Assembly (NCBI RefSeq): GCF_000485595.1
Contig: NW_014577087.1
Span: 653,749 to 717,748, forward strand
Length of the DNA stretch: 64,000 bases
Source: Priapulus caudatus
Taxonomy: Eukaryota
Direction: 5' to 3'
Part shown: in pieces, positions 41,067 through 53,400 of the stretch
Numbering within the stretch: position 1 is the first letter of the stretch
Layout: every line of letters starts with the position of its first letter
Notes under the pieces: model-generated
Told to the model about the DNA's origin: nothing
The model's input: only the letters and a program-made list of their open reading frames with translations
Databases searched by the model: none
Made by a program: the position numbers and the translations under genes

Positions 41067-41874
41067 CAGTGGCATACGCAGGGGGGGTGTTTGGGGTGTT
41101 AAACACCCCCCTTGCCTCTGTCCCAAACAAACATTAAAAAAAAGAAAAGAAGAGGAGAGGAGAAAAGGGAGAAATAGAGAGAGAGTGTGTGTGTGAGAGA
41201 GGAGGGAGAGAAAAAGGGAAAAAAGAGAGGGAGAGAGAACAGAAGGGCCCTATTATCTTGTTTATTAAGTTTAGTATTTGTAAACCCCCCCTCCCGAGCC
41301 CCCCGCGTCCCCGCAGCGCTCCCCAGTCACTAACACGGGCGTAAATCCCAGGGGGATGGGGGATGCATTGCCCCCTGCTCTTGAAGGAGGGGGGATGGCC
41401 TGTACAAATATCCCCCCTGAGATTCAAAAAAAGAGAGAAAAAAAAAGTAAGAAGAAGAGGTAAGACTAAGAGGTTCCCGATTTACCAGACAGGTTTATCA
41501 TCGTGGGTTTTAGGTGCTACAGTTCAATGAGGCTGCCACACAGTCGGCAGATTCGTAGATTGGGCAGAATTGGATTGCACGCAACACATAATATTATTTT
41601 CATAGACTTGAGTTTGTTTACATCGTGAGATTTCAGAAATTTCATCGATTTTACTGCATCTACTCTAGCTATCAAACGCAGCTTTTTATAATAGCTAGTG
41701 TAGGCCTATGCACGTTTGTTGACTGTCTGTAGTGTACGTAGTATGGATAAGTACTTTGATTCACTAAACAAACACACACAGCACAAACACGCACACCTCT
41801 CTCTCTCTCTCTCTCACGCACGCACACACACGCACGCACGCACGCAACGTACGCACCGCCAACGCACGCACAAC

Positions 41875-41905
<31 letters not shown>

Positions 41906-42081
41906 CACACACACACACAGCACAAGCCACAGCACAATCACGCAAGCTCTCTCTCTCTCGCACACACACGCCGCCGCCGCACACACACCTCTTGTTTCTC
42001 TCCGCATCTCTCTCTCTTCTCTTTTCTCTCTCTCTCTCTCTCTCTTCTCTTCTCTTCTCCCTCCATCCCTCCCTCCACCCT

Positions 42082-42121
<40 letters not shown>

Positions 42122-42657
42122 CTCTCTATCTCTCTCTCTCTCATCTCTCTCTCTCTCTCACACACCACACGCACGCCACACCTCTCTCTCCCTCTCTCTC
42201 TCTGATACAGACACACTCCCACGGCAAAGCTTTACGTCAATTGTACGCTTGATGAATCGCACCTAAAACGGCCTCGCTTGCCGTACGCGAAATTGTACTT
42301 AAATTTACTAAATAATGCGTTGATAACACGCAACTAAGCAACGTCATTGCGTACGCCACACGAAGATTTTACGGCAAATATTTTGCGTACGCAGCTTGAA
42401 TGATCATGCAATCTACCCGGACCCCACCCGGTCAGACTGCAAGCCGCACACGGGATCACGACTCGTCTACAGTTTCCAGGGAGTGTACGGGGGGTGGCGC
42501 GGTCCAGAGCGTCCGGGACCCCCACCATGCTCGCTTTTGCCTCAGAAACGAATGAACTGCAGGCGGGCTGCTTAATTTCAAAAAAAAATCCCCCCAGCAC
42601 CCCCCCCTTCGCGTGCGTCCTAACACCCCCCTTTTCGAAATCCGTTCGACGCCACTG
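41067..42657. mobile_element. Non-autonomous hAT-like element inserted in the Academ right TIR
   Basis: CAGTGGC...GCCACTG termini flanked by an exact 8-bp TSD ACTGGCAT (41059-41066 and 42658-42665); internal CA/CT microsatellites. Confidence 0.75.
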
Positions 42658-42745
42658 ACTGGCATACATCAGATTTGAACCAGCTGCGCTTGAATTGTGG
42701 AAAATTTAAAAACATGTTATATATGTCCCTGAGCCGTAGCCCAGA

Positions 42746-44293
42746 CCCGGGGGGGGGTCACTATAATGCCGTATACCCCGTGTGCGTTCCAATTTTGCGG
42801 GTTAGATGGGGTTCGTTTTCAACATTTTAAAAGCCGGGCACGCGCTTAGGGAGCAAATAGGCCCCCTTTTTACAAAGCTAATCCACTCAATAAGCCCTCT
42901 GGGATCGTTCAAAATGATCAAAGCCACCGCGGCCCGCAGTAGACCTCCTCAACGGCCCCTCCATTCCCTCCCACTTGTCGCGCAAGACCCCGCGCAATAG
43001 GGGGTAGGGCGTCCAGGTACGACTCTTTCATCTGTGTATGCAATAGGGGTGGATATTTTCATTGTGTATGCAATAGGTGTATCTCAATTGTGTAGCAATA
43101 ATAGGGTGTAGGAGTTTCCCAAATGTCCCACTTCGCACTAGGCGGCAGTGTGGTAGGTCTCGAGACCGTTTCCCTTGGTCGTCCGTCTCGTCTCCGGCCT
43201 CCCGGGTGCAATGACTCCGGACTCGGACTTAGCCCTCCGCCGACTCGACGGACTCGGGTCGAGACGCGCTAACCGAGGCCACTACATACATAATAAGTTC
43301 ATAGATGCCGTTTGTCGCGCTTGAAAATCCGCAGCGTGGCCGAGTTCGACGGCATACATTCGTAATGTAACCACGGCATTAATAACCACTGTACACAGGC
43401 GCGCGTTAAGCAATCGTCCTACTGGCGGCTGGCAGCAAGTGAAATTATAAGCAGGAAAGTGTAAAATGATGTCATAGACCTATGTGCCGACCTACTAGTA
43501 GTATACTACTATATGACCTCTACCAACTTCGAAGGTATAGTACATAGGTATAGCTACAAGTACCTGAGCACCTCTCTCATTTGGTTCAACAAGCCGTGTC
43601 ATTCTCGTACAAAACACAAATGGATCCGTTACTTTCGACACGTTGCGTCATGGACGCGTGTACTCTGTTTTTCGCGCTGACTAACAACTTCTCGAATGTC
43701 GACGATGCACGGTTGCGACCCTTCTTTCCCAATCAATCTGCATAAGCAATCGGATGAATTGCCACTAACTACTACATCTACATACAATAGAATGTGTAGC
43801 GTAACAAATCCATAATGCACAATTTTTATTTATTTTATTTTATTTTACAACACGTTATTTTCCTAAGTCGGACACAAATATGCTGTCCCAAAAGTGTCGA
43901 CTTATGCAAGTTTTATCGTCACTTTCTATTTTATGCAAACAAGTGACAGATCCAGGGGACCAGGAAACGACCCACCCCCCAATTTTCTGAACAAACACAT
44001 ACATAGAACGTGAATGCGCCCTTCGTCGGTCCTGTTCCCCCTTTGTTTTTAATCAAAACTGAGCTCGGACTCGGCGACTCGCCGACTCGGGTGTGTGGCA
44101 CTCGGACTCGGGTGGCGGACTCGGACTCGGACTCGGACACGGACTCGCGACTCGGGGAGTGCGACTCGGACTCCGGACTCGGACTCGGACCGGCGTGCGC
44201 GACTCGACTACAACACTGCTAGGGGCGCCTATTATTTTCGTAGGGAACGCACATGGGGTAATACCGGCCATATATAGTGCACCCCCCCCCCCG
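42746..44293. mobile_element. Non-autonomous TIR element (CCCGGGGG...CCCCCGGG ends, 8-bp TSD) in the Academ right TIR
   Basis: Left end AGCCCAGA|CCCGGGGGGGGGTCACTATA; right end TATAGTGACCCC..CCGGG|AGCCCAGA, clearest in the duplicate at 53782-53813. Confidence 0.7.
43146..44218. mobile_element. hAT-like element with (GGACTC)n subterminal repeats, nested in the previous element
   Basis: CAGTGT(G/T)GTAG...CTACAACACTG termini with CTAGG-starting 8-bp flanks on both sides; GGACTC hexamer arrays at about 44060-44205 and 53580-53720. Confidence 0.6.
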
Positions 44294-47200
44294 AGCCCAG
44301 CTAGTCACGTTGGAATTCCGCTATCGCGTTAATTTAAACGCGAAAAACCATGAAAAAGTTCATATCTACAAGAAGCAGAACCAGATCAGAGAATGTTCCA
44401 TAACAATACTTGGGTCTAAATACAATCATCTATCGCCGTTATTTACAAAAAACGTGTTTTTCTGGCAGCCATTTGGATTTTGTGCTCTAGAAACAAAATG
44501 CCTCAACACTTTACGAGCTGCATACATCAGATTTGGCATTCAGCGACCCTAACATCGACCAGAAATAGCAAAAAAAACATGATATATGTCGAAAAAACAA
44601 CTTACACTATTAATATTATGACCATACGCCTAGCCTGGAGCTATAAGAATCACTCACCTCGGTGCCAAGGATAAGTACCGTCGCCGAGATCAAGCTACCG
44701 TCCGTGTCGGTTATTGTTGTTGACGTCCGGCCCTGTTGAGCACACCGCACGACACCCTGGAAAACCTATACGCTATGCACATGGCTCGTACTAGCGCGCC
44801 ACGCTGTTATTGCAACGTCGCCGTCCATGCGTCAGCCCTAGAGCCATATAGCGTGTGAACAACAGTAGGAGCGGCACAACAATAGTCCATAGGCAGCAAG
44901 CCTGAATAAGCATCGAACAGAAATTAATCTAAAAATTTACTCACACTGTTACATCTCCTTAACATAACATACACGTTATCATGCTTAAAATAACTACAGA
45001 TTAATTGCTCTATATGCTCCACTCCAACACCTTTTGACAGCTCTAGATTCGAATGTTCTGCAAAGTTGTCTAACACATTTCAAACACAAACCAATTCAAA
45101 AACCATTTCAACAAAAACAAAACAATCGTGGCCTACGCCACCTACGAATGTCACGAATAACACAACAGAGACATTTTACTTTTACGTTTTAATGCCTTTC
45201 TATGAGACGTTCACGAGACATTTAACCCGGCGTGCATAATGATCCATGATGCCAAATGTAGTGTGTGCGCCGTGCGCTGCCGCACGTGCAGGGTATGCTT
45301 TTGCGTGTTGTGTCGGTGGTATTGGAGGGGGGGCTGCGTGCTTGCTATGTGTGTGTATCTGGCGTGTCACGTGTGCGTTTTTGCGTCGGTGTGGTATGTG
45401 TGTGTGCAGCGCGTGGTCTTGTGTGTGTGACTGTCGTGCGTACATGTGTGTGGCCTGTGTCTGTGTTCTGTGCCGTGTACGTGGCTGTGTGATGTGTGTT
45501 CGTGCGTGTGCGCGTAGGCTCCCGTGCGTCGCGCACGTGCCGTTTGCGTGGTTGTTTGTGCGTGTGTGCTTCGTGCGCGCATGCTGTTTCTGTCTACCTG
45601 CGTGCCATGTGCATGTGTTGTGATTGTGTGTGTATGTGCGTGCGTGCGTTTTTCGTGGTTGTGGTGCTGTGTTCTGTGTTTCTGTGCCGCGGTGCGTACT
45701 GTGTGCGCCCGTGATTGCTGTTCTGCGCGCGCTGCGTCTGTGTGCGCGCGCGTGCGTTTCTGTGTGCTGTCACGTCGCGCGCGTGTGTGTGCATCATGTG
45801 CTGTTTGTGTGAGTTTGTGTGTGTGTGTGCTGTGTGTGATTTGTGTGTGTGTGATGTGTGTGTGTGTGCTGTGTCGTGTGTGTCGTGCTGCGTGGTGTGT
45901 GCTGTGTTGGTGGTGTCCTGTGTTAGCTGTGTGCTGTTGTGTAGTCCGGGTCCAGGTCCGGGTTTTATGCAGGTTTTTCGCGGTCCGGTCCGCTCGGTCC
46001 GGGGTCGCGCGTCACAGGGCCGCGTTTTATGCCGATTTTCGCGGCGTCGGGTCCAGGGTCCGGGCGGGTCCGGTATTTATTCAACACCCAAAATTATGAC
46101 ACTCTAGTGCCGAACTTCGCGCGAAAAAAAAATGCAAAAAAAAAGCCTTTTCCTTAAACCAAATCTGCGGAGCCTGTTGCTCATAGGGTCTAATGTCCCC
46201 AGTGTACTGCCGCGAACGTACCGTGGGCTACGTGCGATATACCGCAACGTACCCTGCATGGTCACTATTTGATATGCGTTAAGTATAGGGGTAGATTAGA
46301 GTTAGGTTAGGGCAGTAGGCGTAGGCCAACTCCCATAGAACTCCCGTATAGTCGAGTAGGCGAGGTACGGTCCGCCATAGTTAATTTAGATCAGTAACCA
46401 GGGTACGTTTCCGGTAACCGACCGTCACCCAGGATACGCTCCGCAGTACCTAAGGACATCTAGACCTCTCAGCCTTCTGCGTTGTCATGCCCACGCCGTG
46501 CCAGCTTTATATTGGGGGCGGGGTTTGTTTTTAAAATTTGGCAATTTGTGAGCCGGCGCGAAGCGAACGAGCGACGCGAGCAGACGCGACCGAGCAGGCG
46601 GGAGGCGGGTGCGCAAGGGGCGTACGGTCCCCCCTCCCACACGATGGAGAGTGTGCAATTATACTCTGAAATGGAGCGATCATGGTGCATTACCTGAGAG
46701 GGAAATTCCGTGCAAATTTCAAAATGGAAAAAACTAATTTAATTTATTTATTTGCTCGGTGGGGGCCACACAAGCCACCGCGCCACACCGCGTTTGTAGC
46801 GAACCCCCGAACCCCCGAACCCCCCCCCCCCTGGCTACGAGCCTGACTATGGCCTATACTGTTGACCTATGCCTGTGATGCGTCTCATGGTCTATACCAA
46901 GAGCGCTTTTACCTTCTTTATAGTACGCTCTTGTCTATACTAATATCAGGGGTTAATAATGACATTGTTGCACATGAATGAAATAATGACATGACTGCTG
47001 GTACTATCTTATATGCCGGACCGTACCTCGCCTACTCCACTAACGAATTTAGGGAGTCGCCTACGCCATACCCCCAAACCCTAACCCTAACCCCAACCAT
47101 ATCCAGATGTATCCAGCGCGTACGTTTCCGGTATACCGGACCGTACCCAGGGTACGTACCGGCAGTACCCTGGGAGACATAGACCCTATGAGCATTATTA

Positions 47201-47389
47201 ACCCCTGCTAATATCAAGAGCTAATAATAATGGATGTGAATATAAGGATGAATAATAATCAGGAGTGAATAATAATATCTATATCTATAGCGATCTAGAG
47301 ATAGAGATCTATTATTATTCACTCCTGATAATTATTATTATTAGCTCTATAGGTATTATATTAGCTCTTGCCAATATTTATGTCAACAG

Positions 47390-48555
47390 GATCAATCTAC
47401 ATCTAATCTATCTAATCTATCTATCTTATCTATCCTAGTCTATCTACTCTATCATATCCTATCTATCTATCTATCTTATCCTATCTATCTATCTATCTAT
47501 CTATCTAGTCTATCTATCATAGTCTATCTATCTATCTAATCTATCTATTTATCTATCCTATCTATCCTATCTATCCTATCTATCCTATCTATCTATCTAT
47601 CATCATATCGAAATCTATCTATCTACTCCTATCTATCTATCTATCTAGTCTATCTACTATCCTATCTAATCGATCTATTAGCACGATAGTACATCTATCG
47701 AGATATCTAGCATATATCTATCTGACACTATCATCTATATATAGTATTTTATCTGAATATCGAATCGAATGAAATGCTATCTGATAAGCAGAACCCATGC
47801 GCAGTAGCAGATGCATCCATCCATCCATCCATCCACAATTTTTTCCATCCATCCATCCATCCATCCATCCATCCATCAGATCATCACATTCATCCGAGTG
47901 CCAACGCACTCCGATGTCAGCATCTCATGCGAGTCCATCCCATCCATCACCATCCATCCATCCATCCATCCATCCATTCCATCCATCCATCCATCCATCA
48001 TCCAATCCATCCCATCCAATCCATCCATCCATCCATCCATCCAATCCATCCATCCATCCATCCATCCATCCATCCATCCATCCATCCATCCATCCCATCC
48101 AATCCATCCATCCACTCCATCCATCCATCCATCCATCGCAGTCAGCCATCCATCCATCCATCCATCCATCCATTGCGCTATGCCGCGTATGCCCGCTCAG
48201 TCCAAGTTGTTCCATCCACCATCCATCCACTCCATCCATCCATCCATCCATATAGCTACTCTATCCATCAATCTATCTATCTATCTATCTATTCTATCCT
48301 ATCTAGCTATCATATCTACTCTATCTACTCTATGCTATCCTATCTATCTATCTATACCTATCATATCTACTCTATTTCTATCTACCTCTACTCTAATCTA
48401 TCTATCTATCTATCATAATCTATACTAATCTATCTCATCTATTGGCTATCGTGTATTCTACTATCTATTCTATCCTATCAATCTATTCATATCTTATCTA
48501 TCTATACTATCATATCTATTTCTATCCCTATCTATCTATTTATCTATCTATTATA

Positions 48556-48652
<97 letters not shown>
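47390..48652. repeat. Compound (CTAT)n-(CCAT)n-(CTAT)n microsatellite block
   Basis: Directly visible tetranucleotide arrays, partly noisy. Confidence 0.95.
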
Positions 48653-48653
<1 letters not shown>

Positions 48654-48852
48654 CCGAACTATTGACGTAGTATTGGACATAATTAGTGTATAATTAGTAT
48701 AATATGTGTTTAAATCTGTTTATTTACATTTCGGTATGCATGTGATGCTTCATTTGACCAAAGATATCCGTATATGAATACAGCTACAATTATATATTAG
48801 GAGTTCATATTAAAAGTGCCTCTCCGTAACAGAATATGTAAATGTTGTAATT

Positions 48853-49186
48853 ACCTCCGCCAAGGGGTTGGCAGGAGGTTATGTTTTCACCGGCGTGTGT
48901 TTGACTGTTTGTGGGTTTGTGTACAGCATAACTGAAAAAGTTATGGACGGATTGTCATAATATTTTCAGGATAAGTCAGAAATCGCCTAATTACTTAGAA
49001 TTGATTACTTCTAATTACTTAGAATTGATAAAATTTTGGTGGTGATCCGGATCCAATTAAATATTTAATTAATTAATTAATTAATTAAATTTTTCACTTA
49101 ATTAATTAAATAATAAATCAAAATTTTCACAGTGAGAGAATTCAGCTGCCTTGGCGGAGGTATGTGCTCTCCGAGTGCTCTAGTTT
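48853..49186 (+). mobile_element. Helentron-associated (HINE/DINE-1-like) non-autonomous element
   Basis: SubTIR ACCTCCGCCAAGG / CCTTGGCGGAGGT, 5' palindrome, GT-rich short repeat, (TAAT)n core and 3' stem-loop GTGCTCTCCGAGTGC followed by a T run. A second copy is inverted at about 60764-61137. Confidence 0.6.
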
Positions 49187-49202
49187 GAACATATAATTGT
49201 TA

Positions 49203-49658
49203 TACCCCGTACAGACTGCAAATTTGATACCACCTTAAACTAGTCCGGGCCTGACGCGCGCTAAAGTTTTGCAATGTGTTCAGAGGCTATCCAGCGCTAA
49301 ATACGCACTAGGGCCTAGTCTGGACTAATTTGCCCCCACAAATGGAGGTAGGCCAGGCCACTTAGAAGCGTGCTAAGTTAGACCGTGCTTATAGTTTAGT
49401 CCGCGCTAAACTGCGTGTGTACTCAATCCGGTTCCAGACCCGCGCTAAATTTTGCAGTACGCATGCGCATAGCTTTATTTGGGTCACATGAAAGTACGGT
49501 ACCTGCGTCTCTGCTGAGTGGCGTAACAAGCTAAACTGAGCATGAGCAGTCAACCCGTGCTAAATTAGCGCGGTTCAACATTTTGTGTCTGTACGCTGCG
49601 ATTTACCTCACGCCTGGCTAGTTTGATGTGGGATCAAATTTGTAGTCTGTACGGGGTA
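49203..49658. mobile_element. Harbinger/Tourist-type MITE (TTA TSD)
   Basis: TTA|TACCCCGTACAGACT ... AGTCTGTACGGGGTA|TTA. Confidence 0.75.
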
Positions 49659-50439
49659 TTAGATATATACTCATGAAAGTCTTTCAACGAAAATATAAAG
49701 AAATATGTTGAATTTCAAGACTGCATAAAACGATATAATAATTCCGCCAATGACCTCGGAATTACTATCAACCCCGACCTGCATTGCAACCCCGATATTT
49801 GTATAAAAAAAGTCTTGCACTATATTCATTTTGTTGATTTCTAACAGAAAGCATGTCCCTGCTTTATATGACGGTACTTGAGATATATAATATAGGGGGC
49901 CTATCAATATTATATTGTATATTAATTATGTAATCACACACGCATGCACGCACGCACATATATTAATTGTGTAATCACGCACGCACGCGCGCACACGTAT
50001 TATAATATACAAGAAATAGCGGCTATAGGAGAACTCTTTAGATTCATGAACACTATATACATCCACGCGTACCTATACACTCCGTCACATATATGTCTCT
50101 AATACGTGAACATATCATAAGCGTGCATACGTCGATATCACGTTGGTAACTGTCACTGACTGCCTGCCATTCCCTCACCAACAAGCACCCTCACCCCAGC
50201 ATGCGATCGCCTGAATCCGTGGGACTGACAGAGGTGCCCTGCGCGCCATTTTATTACCCAACGCCATCTTCATCTTGTTCGCCTAACGACCGTTGTCACT
50301 TTCAGCCAGTAAAAGAAACATCGCACGCAATCTCCAAACTAACTGTTTTTTTAACGAAACGCTCTTCTATATTTTTAGGGTGTAGCGAACGTGTGGCGTT
50401 TCCGTAAATCGTCAGAGACCGTACGAAGAGATCGTCGGC

Positions 50440-53400
50440 ATGGCTCCGAAACGGTTTGAGGTCGTTGTTCTGTCGCCCGTTACAGGAATGTTTGCTTCGG
50501 TCGGACAGAATCCCGTTGAGTTACCAAGAATCGATGCCGGAGCAGTCTTGAAAGGCAAAGTCGTGATCGAACTCGAAAAGCCGCTCAATGTGAAAGGTAG
50601 GCAGTGAAACGACAATTGGAGTTTGTTAATAATATGGGCGATGTATTTTGACGCATGTGAAATATGTAAAATTGTAGCAAAATTGTGCTCATTGCTGATT
50701 TCATAGAAAATAACTGGGGCGAATTACAAATACATTGTGAATGCGGCGTAAGACTATTAATGTTCACCTGTAAGGCCGTGTAACATATTCATACACACAA
50801 TCATTATTTTACGCCGTGAGATGAAAAAAAACAAATTAACCGGCTATAGCCGACTATAGCAGATTTATTTCGTATCAGGAGTAGTCATCCAGATACTCGG
50901 AGAGTCTTCGGTGCGATGGACACACGTCGAAAAACGGGTTAGCGGGAAGAGCGTTCCTACGCAGACATCAACGTTCACAAATAACGAAGTCTACATTAAC
51001 TCAAAGGGCCAGCTGTTCAAAGGCAAGCTAGTTTCTATACGTTCCGGTTCAAAATGCCATTTTCCCTGATCGTTGAAGTCAATAATCTTCCTCGTCTGTG
51101 TTAAAATTGTTTGCAATTACAGTACTATTCAGCATTCCGTGACAGGTATCTTAAAATATGCTATAACAAACAATAAATAATGAACCGGCGCATTTCCGTA
51201 TCACTGACACGAATTATATGAGATTAATTATAGACGTATGGGACTGTGCACGCATTCACGTGCACTCATGTTTATATTCGCGCACTTACACGTACGGACG
51301 CGCCTAGATTATAAGTAACGTACATGTGATTCTAGGTTGTCTACATGCGAAAATGGCGGAATTGTAGGTAATCCTACTTTATTTAGCTTAGGATTATAGA
51401 ACGTAAGTATAGAGACCGCGTGTTAGGATGACGTTCGTACAGATGGATTTCAAAACGTCCGCATATAGAGAGATGACGCGCTAGTACAGCGTGGTGATTC
51501 GGTGATAGTTTTGGGTCGACGCTACCGCTGCTGTTGCTACAGGTGACGATATTGACGGCAAAGAGCTGGAGGTCGGCACCCATTCCTTCCCGTTTCTTGT
51601 TGAGCTGCCTAGCGACCTCCCGCCGAACTTCTCCGACGTACACGGAAGCGTCACCTACCTATGCATCGCCACCATCGAGCTCCATCTGCTGAGCGACATC
51701 GTCACCGAGAGCACGTTTCTCGTAAGATCTCGCGACGAGTTCCTCAACATCGACAAAGTGCCGGAGGCTCAGGTATGATCGCGGCGGCCTCTGGCGATAG
51801 CAACCCGCGCGGTAAGGCGCAGGTGCAGAGGCAGTGAAGAAGAGAAAGGGGAAGAAGATGAAGGGCGGTGGCGATTTAGAGAGAAAGGGTGGGAGGAATG
51901 GGAAGAAAGGGACAGGGAGTGAAAGGACAGGAACAGCGGCAAAGAGTGGGACAGAGAAAAGGGAAGAGATATGCGAGAGGAGCGAGAGAGGACGAGGACG
52001 AGAGAAAGATAGATGGGGATAAACAAAGAGGGACAGAGCGGGGAGAGGCAATGAGGTAGCAAGGTCGAAGGTGAGAGGGGCGCAGTTACAGACGCCAGGA
52101 CTACGAAGTCTGGCGCAGTGCTATATCTTACAGGTACGCGCAGATGCTTCGATTGTATCCGTGTACTGTGGGTAATTGTGTGTAATTGCGTCTAGCGACA
52201 TAGATAACGAGTTAGCGAATAACTGCCGGAATTCCTAGCGTAAAGCGCATACGTACTCAAAATAGGCAGGGGTATGTCCTGTGGAGATGTGCATGGCAAA
52301 ATCCGCCACAAAATTTACACTTCATCGCAGCATCCCGCCACAATCCTTTTCCTATGCTAATGTACGTAGGAATGGCGATAGCGTCGCCGGTCGGGCTGCC
52401 AGCCAAGATAATTTATTTCGGCCAAACTTATAGGCTATATGTGGTATGTCTAGCGGAACCAGCATAACCTGCTGATCACCTAACGATACCGTTTTGTACA
52501 TGGTCTCTCTAGAGGTAGGTAGATCCGTTCTCCCCGATATTCTCTAGTTCCCTGTCGATAATGGTTTTTCGTATTGGCAAGGTAGATCCATTCATCTCAC
52601 GTTCTTCTCTAGGTCGGGGCTGAGGATGGCGATGCGGAGATGGTATGCTGCGGATGCTGCTCGTCGGGACCGGTGGCACTGCATATGCTGATGAAGGGAG
52701 GCGCTGCAGCCGGCGACGAAATATACGTGGATGTTGATATCGTTAACGATAGCTTTCGGCCTGTGACGGAATGCAATATGACACTCTCTAGGGTAAGGAT
52801 CGACGCTAAAAGGTTTATTCACGGCAAGCCCGTTAATACGTGACTACATCCAAACCTGCTAGTCAAGTAAATATTAGTTAAACGAATATAATCAAATAAA
52901 ATGCCGCGTTTATAACGTGAGTACTCTCAAAATAAAATGTATCGCTGTCGCCTTGGAAAAATAACTTGGTCAGAGAATTAACTAACTAGCTAACTAGCTA
53001 TAGCTAGATAAAATATATTAGTTAAAAATGAAATATTTATGCTTTAGAATATTTTTTCCATCGGAAAAGGTGTGTATGTGAGTTCATTGCGAACGTTGAA
53101 AGCTCTAGGCAAAAACAACGGTAAAATAAAGAGTGTCATACAATAAATTTAAATCAGAGAATCGTAAAGCTAAAAAAACGATCGTTCAACGGCTGTTATT
53201 TTCTACATAACATACATTATTGATTGCCGAGTACACTCAGCGTACCATACATAGTTCAAACGTATTCCACCAGGTGTCCCGATTTCGCACCAAGGGTGGC
53301 AAAGTGAAACGAAGTTCGATCGATTTGATCGAGGTATCTCTTCTGAAAGAAGAGGTCCATGGCAACCAGTCGGCGGCATTACGAAAACCTCTGAAAATTC

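Larger units (their letters stand above)
36668..44643. mobile_element. Degenerate Academ-type DNA transposon with about 700-bp TIRs and nested insertions
   Basis: The left end taa|TAGTCCGGGCTAG (36668) and right end CTAGCCTGGA(g)CTA|taa (44643; clean copy at 54135-54147) give a 3-bp TAA TSD. 36668-37378 is the inverted repeat of 40787-41066 + 42666-42745 + 44294-44643. The internal ORF remnants are XPG/PIN-like with a Cys-rich tail. Confidence 0.8.

Noticed and set aside
45200..48700. Long Cys/Val- and His/Pro/Ser/Ile-rich ORFs (also 41672-42252 and 54681-55724)
   Set aside because: Translations of (GT)n, (CA)n, (CT)n, (CCAT)n and (CTAT)n microsatellites.
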